Shown here piece by piece: positions 17,316 to 27,316 of a stretch of DNA of 64,000 nt (position 1 is its first letter; each line of letters opens with the position of its first letter). The stretch lies in the NCBI GenBank assembly GCA_030699935.1, contig JAUYKS010000002.1, forward strand, positions 81 through 64,080, given 5' to 3'. The notes beneath the pieces were generated by a model that searched no databases, was not told the DNA's origin, and saw only the letters and a program-made list of their open reading frames with translations. The stretch is from a bacterium (lineage in GTDB: Bacteria > Patescibacteriota > SICC01). The position numbers and the translations under genes were made by a program.

Positions 17316-18873
17316 TTTGATATCGCTGAACCGTATTTTGCTCGCGTTAACAGCGGCAACCACGTTGCTTCTAGGAGGCATGATCCTCAAAACGACGACG
17401 GATTGGGGTCCCTCGAAGGACGCCCAACGCTACGAAGTAGTCTCGAGAAATTTGGTTGACGGAAACGGATTGGGACTGGCAGGTATGCCCGAAGTCATAT
17501 TCTCGCCGGGCTATCCGATTATCCTGGCACCGTTCATCGCGGCCGGGCTCAGTCCGGCGGGAGCCACGTCGGCTCTAACCTGGATTTCCTTCGCTGCGTT
17601 CGTGGGAATCGTTTATTACGGCGTTGCCAAGCGCTACGACAAGAGAACAGGTGCGATTTCGGCATTTGCCATAGCGACCTGCGGAGCACTACAGATCGCG
17701 TCGCTGGATGCCGCCGCCGAGGTCATCATGCTGCCTTTCTTGGCAGGCGGCATCGTGGCAATGCATTCCAAGGCGTGGAGACACCAATTGTTTGCCGGGA
17801 TGCTATTTGCCGTCGGGTACCTGGTCAAACCGGAGATGCTAGCCTACGTCGGGCTGGCGATTGCGTTCATGTTCTTAGTGGAAAAGACTGGCCGGAGTTG
17901 GCGTATCTTACTGCGGTTGTTGCTTCCCACGCTCTTTGCGCTGGTCGGCTACGCAGGATTTATCTACGCTGAAACCGGGACGATAGCGATATCCGGGAAA
18001 TCCGCGTTAATCAGGACGGCTCAGTGGGTCGAGAATCCGCAGTACCACTATGACGCCGAAACATACCGCCTCAACTCGGACATGACGATCGGCATAAAAC
18101 CGGGGGAAGCCAACCTCGGCTCGATATACTGGCCGAAACGGATTTGGTACAACCTGATCGCCCTCGACCACCTCCTTCCCGTGGTACTTTTCCCGGTTGG
18201 AATCGTCTTCGCGGCCCTGGTCATCTCGTTAATCAAGCTGCGAAGCCTGCGCCGGGAAGCAATGTTCTTCGCGGCCTTAACGGCACCTCTAGGCATCGGC
18301 GTCTTCTTGTTTTACCAGCAACGATACTTATTGCCGCTGGTTCTAGCAGTGACGTTGCTGCTCGGCTTCGCGGCGGCGGGATTCTTGCGAGAGAAAACAA
18401 AAAGACTCAAGTACTTGGCCGCGCTACCCATCTCTGCGCTGATCTTGCTCAACTTCGCGCCCTGGCTCAAGGGGGGGGTCGATGAACATCTAATCACAGC
18501 CGTGGCGAGCCGGTCATTCGTGGATGAAGTAACGCCGCTCCTTTCGGAGTATCGCACCATCGTATCCAGGACGCCGACGTATAGTTACCTTCTGGGAAAA
18601 GACTACTCACCGATTCCCTATTCGTATAATGTCGGGAACAGCCTGCGGTATTTGCGGGGACTGGATAGGCCGGTGATCGTGTTGGACGAGTGGGCCACGA
18701 AGCCTAATCCGACGACGGACTACTTCAGGAAGAAGTACCACCTTGCGAACACTGCCAAGGTGATTATCGACCCGGTTACCAATCGGATAACCAGAATCGG
18801 CAGGGTGCGTCAAGAAACGGTTCCGACCCCCACCTACCCGAAGCACATCAGGCGGGCGCAAGGAATTCGATAG
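17302..18873 (+). CDS. GT-C (ArnT/PMT-like) membrane glycosyltransferase
   Basis: D...Y...A.NL..G.G, SPGYP, YLVKPE, QQRYLLP; polytopic. Confidence 0.7.
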   Translation: MSKANLISLNRILLALTAATTLLLGGMILKTTTDWGPSKDAQRYEVVSRNLVDGNGLGLAGMPEVIFSPGYPIILAPFIAAGLSPAGATSALTWISFAAFVGIVYYGVAKRYDKRTGAISAFAIATCGALQIASLDAAAEVIMLPFLAGGIVAMHSKAWRHQLFAGMLFAVGYLVKPEMLAYVGLAIAFMFLVEKTGRSWRILLRLLLPTLFALVGYAGFIYAETGTIAISGKSALIRTAQWVENPQYHYDAETYRLNSDMTIGIKPGEANLGSIYWPKRIWYNLIALDHLLPVVLFPVGIVFAALVISLIKLRSLRREAMFFAALTAPLGIGVFLFYQQRYLLPLVLAVTLLLGFAAAGFLREKTKRLKYLAALPISALILLNFAPWLKGGVDEHLITAVASRSFVDEVTPLLSEYRTIVSRTPTYSYLLGKDYSPIPYSYNVGNSLRYLRGLDRPVIVLDEWATKPNPTTDYFRKKYHLANTAKVIIDPVTNRITRIGRVRQETVPTPTYPKHIRRAQGIR

Positions 18874-18880
18874 CCAGTAC

Positions 18881-20470
18881 TTAGGCTCCGGCCTTGCGCG
18901 TTGACCGGGTGCCTTTTTTCGTGCCCTGGAGCAGACGGAAGATACCGTAGAAAGAACTGGCCGAAAGAAGAAGAAAGAGCAAGGCAGTTATCGCCGAAGG
19001 GTTCTTGTATATCGTATGTTTCGGAGGCAATACTTCAGTCATTCGGTTTGTTGGATTTATCCACCACAGGTCGGGGAATGCCGTTCGTGAAAAATTGTAT
19101 GACCCCACGTGGCCGCCGAAAGGAGCATAGTAAACGGTCCTGTCCCCGCGGCCAAGCAGTCTGTGACCTTTGGAATAAAATGCTTCTGCATTGAACAGCA
19201 GTGGAGACACCTCCGGAATCCAGCGCACCGGATCCCAGCCATATGATGGATAGTTACTCACTGTTCCCCTTCGCCCGTCGTAAACTTTCTCCCCCGTGAG
19301 CCCTCCCGATTTCATTGCAATGAAGTATTGATCGTACCGAAAGAGAACCCCTAGGAGCTGAACGAAAATCGCTGCACAGGTAATGAACAGCAGGATCCGC
19401 TTTCGATTAAGCGAGTTTACCCACCAAGCGATGGGAATAATGAAAACCCAAGCGACGGGCACAAGGTATCGCGGACCCCAACCCTCGTCGCCCCACCACC
19501 CAGAGGAAGCCGGGATTGCACCTAAGAGAAATATGGTCAGTAACGAAACGGCGAGTGGTTTTTGTGAACGCCAGAGCCGGGGAAAGCCCAGAGCGCCCAA
19601 TACTACCAAGGGGCTGTACCAGATCAGACCTTTCCCCGGGCTGAACAAGGCACCTAAGAAGTTAAATATGGAAGTCAGGGAGTAGGGAGGGGAGGGGTAC
19701 CCGGTACTCAAAGGGGAGCCTGTACGGTACCAGTTGTACCAAAGGTACATAACGGCAAATGCCACGATCGGTAGGAATAGGCTTGCTATGAGTTTAAGTC
19801 TGGTCCGGTTGTCTGATTTTCTTAAGATAGGCACGAGAAGAGGCAATACTCCAAGAGCAGGCAATAACCCGTATGGCTTAGTTCCTAATGCCAGCCCGAT
19901 CAGCAAGCCGGTTAGTGCCCAAAGACGGTAGTCCTTAGATCGACCCGCTTTCCAAGCGGACAAAAGCGCTCCCAGGACAGCTAACATTAACGTCGGTTCC
20001 ATGCCGATTTTTGAGTATGGCCACGCCAATGAGGCAACGGCAAACAATAAGCTAATCGCAGTAGCCCATCGTACGGATTTGCGGGCCCAAAGCATTAGGA
20101 AAAATATGCAGACCGCAGCTAGCGCGGTCACGAACGGACTATACAACCTGGTAAAAAACACCCGGTATGTTCTTCCGGAATGGGTTAGCTTATCTATTGC
20201 TAAACCTGTTGCGAAAAACGGTACTTGCAAAACGGGCTGAACGAATCCGGTCGCGGCAAAGTATCCTTTGCCCCTATTCCATTTAGGGATGTACCTAAAC
20301 GCGTTGTCCTTTGATATGTAGAACGAGCCGCGTCTGACGGTTGTGTCGGTAACGGAATTGGTCATAATCTCGTATCCGTGGAACTCTGACATCGTAGTAA
20401 CGTACAACCCAAACGTGGCTAAGAAAATCAGTATGGCCATTTTGAAAGGCCGTTTTTGGAGATTAATCAT
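18881..20470 (-). CDS. GT-C-type membrane glycosyltransferase (lower GC)
   Basis: Polytopic; AWPYSK, YNWYRTGSPLSTGY, SPGKGLIWYSP, WGPRYLVP. Confidence 0.7.
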   Translation of the reverse strand: MINLQKRPFKMAILIFLATFGLYVTTMSEFHGYEIMTNSVTDTTVRRGSFYISKDNAFRYIPKWNRGKGYFAATGFVQPVLQVPFFATGLAIDKLTHSGRTYRVFFTRLYSPFVTALAAVCIFFLMLWARKSVRWATAISLLFAVASLAWPYSKIGMEPTLMLAVLGALLSAWKAGRSKDYRLWALTGLLIGLALGTKPYGLLPALGVLPLLVPILRKSDNRTRLKLIASLFLPIVAFAVMYLWYNWYRTGSPLSTGYPSPPYSLTSIFNFLGALFSPGKGLIWYSPLVVLGALGFPRLWRSQKPLAVSLLTIFLLGAIPASSGWWGDEGWGPRYLVPVAWVFIIPIAWWVNSLNRKRILLFITCAAIFVQLLGVLFRYDQYFIAMKSGGLTGEKVYDGRRGTVSNYPSYGWDPVRWIPEVSPLLFNAEAFYSKGHRLLGRGDRTVYYAPFGGHVGSYNFSRTAFPDLWWINPTNRMTEVLPPKHTIYKNPSAITALLFLLLSASSFYGIFRLLQGTKKGTRSTRKAGA

Positions 20471-20477
20471 TTGCTTT

Positions 20478-22046
20478 CTAAATGCCTGCTTCAGCTTGGT
20501 TGATTCGGTCGGTCACGTCAACGAAGTCGTACAGTGATTTGATAGGCTCGTAAATTTGCCGGTCTGGCAGGAGTTTCAAGTCTTGTCCAAACTGATCGTT
20601 GAGCACGACGCGAAAGAAGTTCACGGGAGTGACCCTCGGGTATAGGGAGGAGTAGTCTTCGTTAGGTAGATAGATTGCTGTCAGATTAGAGAACCGCTCT
20701 AACAAAAACTCTTTTTTTTCTGTCCCAACCTTTCCGAAGTGGCCGAGTGAGCCACCGCCGTGGTCCGAGGCCAGTATAATCACCGGTTTTTCCGGTTTAT
20801 CCAATAGTTTGTTGACCACGCTAAGCACTTCCCGGTTGACGTAGCGGGTCTGTTCCGCGAAGCCCCGGGTGTCCTCCCAATCTTTCAGGGAGTGTATTGG
20901 CTTCTTGGTGAGCAGCTTTCCATCGCGATCGAAGTAGTACGGCGGGTGAGGCGCCAAGATGTGGATGAAGGAGAACGTCGGCTGGTCGTAGTCGGCGATT
21001 AACTTAGCGTTTCGGAAGGATGCCTTGATTCCCCGAGCTATTTTCGGGTAGTCGTCCTGGCGGACTAGGAACTGTAAAGCGGAGTTGTCGATCGCTACTT
21101 GGGAAACCATTCCCAGGTGGATTCCGCCAATGTAACCGGCATCCGCGCCGGCCGGCAGCCTAATATCGTTGTCCGCGCTGGAGTCGGTGAGTTCCCAGGA
21201 ACTGTAATTGGCCATGGAATAACCCATGGTCCGGAACGTCTCGAACACCTCGTTGTCGGTCAGCCAGGTATGCGGAAGGGAATAGTCGTGGGACTGTCGA
21301 CCGTACTTTTGGACGATCGTATCGTTGGTGTAATTACCTCGTAGGGTCGATGAAATCGACAGGAAACTGTGCGCGTAATTCGAACGGGACTTATCAGCTA
21401 CGAAGAATCCCTGACTTCTCAGGACGTCCAGAAACGAGGAGTTGTCGAAACCGTAATATCGCTTGAGGATATCGGCACGGTTGTAACCGTCGAGGAGAAT
21501 GTAATATACGTCGGGCTTTTGCTTATCGGGTACCTTCGAAGCGTCGAAACCCGCTATCGGCTTGAATCCGGAATCCCGCTGGGTTGTCGTCTTCGACATC
21601 GCGATGGCGGTAGTTGCGTAGTAGACGGTCATCAGCCCGATCGCCAGGAAGACGACCACGTTCAAGTGGAGCAAGCGCTTTTTCTTAAAACATCCGGTAG
21701 TCCAGATCCAAACCGCCAGGAGAAGCAGCGAGGACAGCAACATGACCAACCGGACGTTGTCGATGCCAGTCTCCGCAAGCCCGTTCTTTATGAGGTTGAA
21801 GTTAAGAAAAAGGAACTCAGCAGGGATGATGACCGCCAGGACTCGATCCCAATCCTTAAGGACGATCCGACCCAGCAACAATCCGATCGTGACACCGGCC
21901 ATGAGCACCGCCACGAACGCGTAGTCGGTCGCCTCCACGGCTATTCCCATGGATTTGTTCGCCGCGTACACGCCGAGGATCACCAACAGAACATATAAAT
22001 AGGGCGCGACGAAGCGAGATTTTTCGACCCATCGTTTCCAGTGCAT
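20478..22046 (-). CDS. Membrane-anchored sulfatase/alkaline-phosphatase superfamily protein (LTA-synthase-like)
   Basis: About 5 TM, then PDVYYILLDGY, SNYAHS, HILAPHPPY, VIILASDHG. Confidence 0.8.
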   Translation of the reverse strand: MHWKRWVEKSRFVAPYLYVLLVILGVYAANKSMGIAVEATDYAFVAVLMAGVTIGLLLGRIVLKDWDRVLAVIIPAEFLFLNFNLIKNGLAETGIDNVRLVMLLSSLLLLAVWIWTTGCFKKKRLLHLNVVVFLAIGLMTVYYATTAIAMSKTTTQRDSGFKPIAGFDASKVPDKQKPDVYYILLDGYNRADILKRYYGFDNSSFLDVLRSQGFFVADKSRSNYAHSFLSISSTLRGNYTNDTIVQKYGRQSHDYSLPHTWLTDNEVFETFRTMGYSMANYSSWELTDSSADNDIRLPAGADAGYIGGIHLGMVSQVAIDNSALQFLVRQDDYPKIARGIKASFRNAKLIADYDQPTFSFIHILAPHPPYYFDRDGKLLTKKPIHSLKDWEDTRGFAEQTRYVNREVLSVVNKLLDKPEKPVIILASDHGGGSLGHFGKVGTEKKEFLLERFSNLTAIYLPNEDYSSLYPRVTPVNFFRVVLNDQFGQDLKLLPDRQIYEPIKSLYDFVDVTDRINQAEAGI

Positions 22047-22096
22047 GATGCCATTCTAAACGGAGAGACCGCGCCCTGCGTGCTACGATTATTCTC

Positions 22097-22864
22097 GTGA
22101 AAGGCCTGATACTCGCCGGCGGGCGGGCGACGCGGCTGCGTCCGTTGACGTACGTCACCAACAAGCACCTCCTCCCGGTCTACCAGAAACCGATGATTTA
22201 TTACTCGCTGGAGGCGATGCGGCGCGCCGGCGTGCAGGACGTGCTGATCACTACCAACCCGGAGCACGCGGGCGACTTCATCAACCTGCTGCGGAGCGGC
22301 GCGGACTTCGGGCTGCGGCTCTCCTACGAGATCCAGGACGACTCGGTCGGCGGGATCGCCCAGGCGATCGGGTTGGCCGAGTCGTTCACCGGCTCGGACA
22401 AGCTGCTGGTGCTGCTTGGTGACAACATCTTCACGCACGATTTGTCGGGCGCCGTCAAAGTGTTCGAGCGCCGGCCCAAGGGCGCGATGATCTTCGGCAA
22501 GGAAGTCGAGCATCCCGAACACTACGGCGTGATCGAGCTCCGCGACGACGGCCGCGTGAAGTCGATCGTCGAGAAGCCGAAGCGGCCGAAAGGCAACCTG
22601 GCCCAGACCGGCGTTTATCTCTACGACAATCGCGTCTTCGACTTCGCGCGGAAGCTGAAGCCGTCGGATCGCGGCGAGCTGGAGGTGACCGACCTCAACA
22701 ATGTCTACGTGAAGGAAGGGACGATGAAGGTCGAGGTGATGGACGGCTACTGGATCGACGCCGGAACTTCGGCCGACGAGCTGCTGGCGGCCGGCAACCG
22801 CGTGGCCGAGCTCAAGGAATATTTCGCGGGCAGCCAGCCCGGCGGCAAGAAGAGGATCGCATGA
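22097..22864 (+). CDS. rmlA: Sugar-1-phosphate nucleotidyltransferase (glucose-1-phosphate thymidylyltransferase, short form)
   Basis: GLILAGGRATRLRPLT..NKHLLPVY.KPMI, LGDN, EKP, SDRGELEVTD. Confidence 0.85.
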   Translation: MKGLILAGGRATRLRPLTYVTNKHLLPVYQKPMIYYSLEAMRRAGVQDVLITTNPEHAGDFINLLRSGADFGLRLSYEIQDDSVGGIAQAIGLAESFTGSDKLLVLLGDNIFTHDLSGAVKVFERRPKGAMIFGKEVEHPEHYGVIELRDDGRVKSIVEKPKRPKGNLAQTGVYLYDNRVFDFARKLKPSDRGELEVTDLNNVYVKEGTMKVEVMDGYWIDAGTSADELLAAGNRVAELKEYFAGSQPGGKKRIA

Positions 22865-23844
22865 TCTCCGTCGTCATCGTCAACTTCAATACGCGGGACC
22901 TGCTTCGGGCCTGCCTGCGGTCGGTGCGGAAGGCGGAGCCGCGCGCCGAGGTGATCGTCGTCGACAACGGTTCGAAGGACGGCAGCGCCGCGATGGTCCA
23001 GAAGGAGTTCGGGAAGACCGGACGATCCGGAAAGGTCCGGCTCGTGGCCAACAAGCGAAACCGCGGGTTCGCAGCCGCCAACAACCAGGGCTTTGCGAAG
23101 GCCCGCGGCGACGTGATCGTGATGCTGAACAGCGACACGGAAGTTCCGAAAGGTGCGTTGTCCAAGCTGGCGCGGGAGCTCGAGCGGCATCCGGAGGTAG
23201 GCGTCGTTGCCCCGCAGCTGCGGAACGCCGCCGGCGAAGTCCAGCAATCAGCGTCCTGGCGGGCGCCGGGGCTGCTGACGCTCTTCCTCGAGTACACGCT
23301 GTTGAACCGCGTGCTGTACCGGATGCTGCCGGCGGTCCGGTATCCGGGGAAGCAGCTCCTGACCCGCGCCGAACTCGGAAAGCGCCGGGACGTCGGCGAC
23401 CTGCTCGGTGCCTGCATGGTGTTCCGTAAGGAATTGCTCAAGGAAATCGGGACGCTGGACGAGCGGTTCTTCGTCTTCCTCGAGGAAACCGACTTCAACG
23501 CCCGCGTCCGTGACGCCGGATACGGCCTGGTCTACCTGCCGACGGTGCGGGTGCTCCACCACTGGGGCGGCTCGATCGATTCGGACGGCTCCTTGGCGAA
23601 GCGCTTCAGCCTGTTCTACCCGAGCTTGTACCGATTCTTCCGCAAGCGCCACGGAAGTCTCTACGTGGGGATGGCCCGGCTCGCGGCCCTGATATTGCTG
23701 CCGGTATCGTTGATCCTGATTCTGCTATCGCTGATTCCGATTGGGATCGTCAGCCTGCTGACCGGCAAATCGTTTTTCCGCGCGGTGACGAACCAACTGC
23801 CCGTACTTTGGGGCGCCCTCCGCTGGCATTGGGGGATCCGTTGA
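22861..23844 (+). CDS. GT2 glycosyltransferase (rhamnosyltransferase-like)
   Basis: VIVNFN, VVDNGS.DGS, NRGFAAANN, LNSD, DERFFVFLEETD. Confidence 0.9.
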   Translation: MISVVIVNFNTRDLLRACLRSVRKAEPRAEVIVVDNGSKDGSAAMVQKEFGKTGRSGKVRLVANKRNRGFAAANNQGFAKARGDVIVMLNSDTEVPKGALSKLARELERHPEVGVVAPQLRNAAGEVQQSASWRAPGLLTLFLEYTLLNRVLYRMLPAVRYPGKQLLTRAELGKRRDVGDLLGACMVFRKELLKEIGTLDERFFVFLEETDFNARVRDAGYGLVYLPTVRVLHHWGGSIDSDGSLAKRFSLFYPSLYRFFRKRHGSLYVGMARLAALILLPVSLILILLSLIPIGIVSLLTGKSFFRAVTNQLPVLWGALRWHWGIR

Positions 23845-24983
23845 AGATCGCGCTGTATCACAACCTGCCGTCTGGCGGCGCGCTTCGGGTGCTGTCGGAG
23901 TACGTCCGGCTGCGCCGCCAGGAACACGACTTCGAATTGTTCGTACCGGCGTCCGCCAGCGATTTCTTCGGGATCGGTGGGTCGATTCCTACGCACCGGA
24001 TCGGGATGCCGAGCGGGACCGGACTGCTCGCCGACTATAAGAAGCTCCGCTCCGCGCCGCGCTTCGGGCGGGAAGCGGCGAAGCGGATCGACGCCGGCGG
24101 CTTCGACGCGGTCCTGGCGACGGCCAGCTTCCTGACCCAGGCGCCCGAGGTCCTGCCGTACCTGAAGACGCCGTCGCTCTACTTCTGCCCCGAACCGCTC
24201 CGCGGTGTCTACGAGAAGGAACGGGAACCGCTGCCGCTTGCCCCTAAGGCCGCGGCCAAGCGGACGATCCGGGCGGCCTATGACCGGCGCCGGGCTCGCT
24301 TCGACCGTCGCGCGATTCGGGCGGCCGACGCGGTCACGGTGAACTCGAAGTACACGCAGCGGAACGTGCGGAACGTCTACGGCGTGGGCAGCAGCGTGGT
24401 CCGGCACGGGGTCGACGCGAAGGCGTTCCGGCCCGGCCGCAAGGCTAAGCCTCCGTTCGTCCTGTCCGTCGGGGCGCTGCATCCGCTGAAGGGGCACCAG
24501 TTCGTGATCGAGGCGCTCGGGCTGTTGGACCCTGCGATCCGACCGCGGCTGGTCGTCGTCGGCGACCGCGGCGACTACGGTCCGGCACTGAAGAACTTGG
24601 CGCGGCAGCGCGGCGTCCGTCTGACCATTCGGAAAGGCGTCTCGGACACGGAGCTCCGCAAGCTCTACCGCGAAGCGGCCGTGTTCGCCGCCGCGCAGGT
24701 CCGCGAGCCGTTCGGGCTGATCACGCTGGAAGCGATGGCGTCCGGCACGCCGGTAGTGGCGGTCAAGGAAGGCGGCTTGGCGGAGACGGTTCGCGACGGC
24801 AAGAACGGCCTGCAGGTTCCGCGCGATCCGCAGCGGTTCGCCGCCGCGGTGGAGCGGGTGCTCACAGATCCCCGCCTGGCGAAACGGCTGGCCATCGCCG
24901 GGCGCCGCGACGCGGAGAAGCGCTGGCAGTGGGAAGGCGCTGCCGAGGACTTCGACCGGTTGCTCCGAAAGGTCGCGCAATGA
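23841..24983 (+). CDS. Glycosyltransferase family 4
   Basis: TTG start overlapping the upstream stop; HNLPSGGA, EPFGLITLEAMASGTPVV. Confidence 0.9.
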   Translation: MKIALYHNLPSGGALRVLSEYVRLRRQEHDFELFVPASASDFFGIGGSIPTHRIGMPSGTGLLADYKKLRSAPRFGREAAKRIDAGGFDAVLATASFLTQAPEVLPYLKTPSLYFCPEPLRGVYEKEREPLPLAPKAAAKRTIRAAYDRRRARFDRRAIRAADAVTVNSKYTQRNVRNVYGVGSSVVRHGVDAKAFRPGRKAKPPFVLSVGALHPLKGHQFVIEALGLLDPAIRPRLVVVGDRGDYGPALKNLARQRGVRLTIRKGVSDTELRKLYREAAVFAAAQVREPFGLITLEAMASGTPVVAVKEGGLAETVRDGKNGLQVPRDPQRFAAAVERVLTDPRLAKRLAIAGRRDAEKRWQWEGAAEDFDRLLRKVAQ

Positions 24984-26146
24984 GCCACACCTTCAACATC
25001 GACACGCGCTGGCTGGAATCGCGGACCGCGACCGGCGGCACCGGCATTTACATCAAGAAGCTGGTCCCGGCGCTGCTCAAGCTCGATACCGTCAACCGAT
25101 ACCACCTCTGGGGATCGCCGGTGAAGATGTCCGGCGTGACCGCGCAGAACGTGCACAGCTTCCCGTTCCAAGGGAACTGGCGCCGCGGCTGGCAGCTGCT
25201 CTGGAAGACGGTCGGCTGGCCGCCGGTCGACCTGCCGGGCCCGCGCTGCGACCTCTGGCACTTCACCAACTACGTCGCGCCGCCGACCCGCAAACCGTTC
25301 GTCGTCACCATCCACGACCTGACCTTCGTGAAATACCGCGAGTACGTCGAGCCGAAGAACCTCGCCTACCTCGAGCGGTTCGTGCCGGACACGCTGCAGC
25401 GGGCGGGGCAGATCATCGCCGTGTCGGAGTCGACCCGCGACGGCATCGTCGACGCATTCAAGATCTCGCGGAACAAGATCACGGTGGTGCCGCACGCCGC
25501 CGACCCGCGGTTCGGCGAGGAGCAGGACCCGGTCGCGACGGGCCGGATCGCCAAGAAGTACGGCATCGACCGCGACTACCTGCTGACCGTCGGCACGCTG
25601 GAGCCGCGCAAGAACCTGAAGACGCTGTTCCTGGCGTTCTCGGCGCTGCGCAAGCACGTCCGCGAGCAGCTGGTGGTCGTCGGCGGGAAGGGCTGGCTGT
25701 TCGAGGAGACGCAGCAGTTGATCCGCAAGCTCGGCCTGGCCGACCGTGTGATCCTGACCGGGTTCGTGCCGGACGCGGAACTGCCGGCGCTCTACGCCGG
25801 CGCCAAGGCGTTCGTGTTCCCGTCGCACTACGAGGGATTCGGGATCCCGCTGCTCGAGGCGATGACGTCGGGGACGCCGGTGGTCACCTCCAATACCTCG
25901 TCGATGCCGGAAGTGGCCGGTTCCGCCGCGCTCTACTTCGATCCGGACGACGACAAGGGGATGCGGCTGGCGATCGAGCGGGTGCTCGGCGACGCCAAGC
26001 TGCGGCAGCGGCTGGTCGGGGCCGGACACGAGCAGGCCGCGCGGTTCAGCTGGGAACGGACCGCCCACCGGACGCTCGGCGCGTACTACAAAGCGCTCGG
26101 GGTCGGGAATGCGCGGGTCGTACAGCCGGAAGTGCCGCCTGCCTGA
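24980..26146 (+). CDS. Glycosyltransferase family 4 (mannosyltransferase-like)
   Basis: [35 protein letters not shown]. Confidence 0.92.
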   Translation: MSHTFNIDTRWLESRTATGGTGIYIKKLVPALLKLDTVNRYHLWGSPVKMSGVTAQNVHSFPFQGNWRRGWQLLWKTVGWPPVDLPGPRCDLWHFTNYVAPPTRKPFVVTIHDLTFVKYREYVEPKNLAYLERFVPDTLQRAGQIIAVSESTRDGIVDAFKISRNKITVVPHAADPRFGEEQDPVATGRIAKKYGIDRDYLLTVGTLEPRKNLKTLFLAFSALRKHVREQLVVVGGKGWLFEETQQLIRKLGLADRVILTGFVPDAELPALYAGAKAFVFPSHYEGFGIPLLEAMTSGTPVVTSNTSSMPEVAGSAALYFDPDDDKGMRLAIERVLGDAKLRQRLVGAGHEQAARFSWERTAHRTLGAYYKALGVGNARVVQPEVPPA

Positions 26147-26191
26147 AGCAACGCCCTCCGGAGCGCTGAGAAGTGCCGTAAAATAGTCACT

Positions 26192-27316
26192 ATGGTTATA
26201 GGAGTAGACGTTCGGGAAGCCGCACCGGAGCGCCGGGCCGGCAAAGGGCGCGTGGTCGCCGAGCTCGTGCCGCGGCTGGCGAAGCAGTCGCCCGGCGATA
26301 CGTGGCTCCTTTTCACGGACCGCCGTTTCGACTGGTCCGGAGGGGCTGAAGGCGGAGCCATGGACCTCCCGGACAACTGCCGCTGGCGCGTGGTGCCGGG
26401 CCGCGGGCCGCTTTGGCACCGCCGCGCCGCCGCGGCCGCGAACCGCGCCTGCGACCTCTACTTTTCGCCGCTCAGCTACCTGACGCCGCGATACCTGAAA
26501 ATCCCGACGGTCCTTTTCGTCCACGACCTGTTGGCTTTTTCCCGGCGTTGGGGCGGCAGCCTCCGCGTCCGGCTGATCGAGCGGCTGACGCTCCGCCGTG
26601 CCCTGCGGAAGGCAGCGGCCGTCATTACGAATTCGGAAGCCACGGCCACGGACCTGCGCGAGCGATACCGCCGCCGGGTTCCGGAGATCACCGTCGCGCC
26701 GCTGGCCGCGGACCGCTTCAAGAAAGTCCCGTCTCCCGCCGCGGTCCGGAAGGTCCGCTCGCGACATCGGTTGCCCGCCCGGTATATCCTCGCCGTCGGC
26801 ACCATCGAGCCGCGAAAGAACCACGCCCGGCTGATCGAAGCGTTCGAGTCGATCCCCGCTTCCCGCCGCCGCGACACCGCCTTGGTCATCGCCGGACGAT
26901 GGGGTTGGCGATATCGCCCGGTCAAGAATTCCCTGGCCAGGGCGAAGCGGGCACGGGTTCCGGTGAAGATCATCGAAGGGCCGTCCGACGAGGAACTGGC
27001 GGCGTTTTACAAAGGCGCGACCGTCTTCGCGTATCCGAGCCTGCTGGAAGGTTTCGGCCTGCCGGTGCTGGAAGCGATGCAGCTGGGCATCCCGGTCGTC
27101 ACCTCGGATATCCCGGCGCTGCACGAACTGGCCGGGGATACCGCGGAGTACGCGAACCCGAAGGACGTCGATTCGATTCGCGCCGCCCTGGAGTCATTGC
27201 TCGGCAGCGCGCCGCGCCGCCGCAAGTTGGCCGCGTCCGGCAAACGCCGCGCCGCCGCCTTCGACTGGGACCGCAGCGCGAAGTCGGCGTTGACGGCGCT
27301 TCGCCAGGTATCATGA
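26192..27316 (+). CDS. Glycosyltransferase family 4
   Basis: VHDL, VGTIEPRKN, EGFGLPVLEAM..GIPVV, FDW. Confidence 0.92.
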   Translation: MVIGVDVREAAPERRAGKGRVVAELVPRLAKQSPGDTWLLFTDRRFDWSGGAEGGAMDLPDNCRWRVVPGRGPLWHRRAAAAANRACDLYFSPLSYLTPRYLKIPTVLFVHDLLAFSRRWGGSLRVRLIERLTLRRALRKAAAVITNSEATATDLRERYRRRVPEITVAPLAADRFKKVPSPAAVRKVRSRHRLPARYILAVGTIEPRKNHARLIEAFESIPASRRRDTALVIAGRWGWRYRPVKNSLARAKRARVPVKIIEGPSDEELAAFYKGATVFAYPSLLEGFGLPVLEAMQLGIPVVTSDIPALHELAGDTAEYANPKDVDSIRAALESLLGSAPRRRKLAASGKRRAAAFDWDRSAKSALTALRQVS

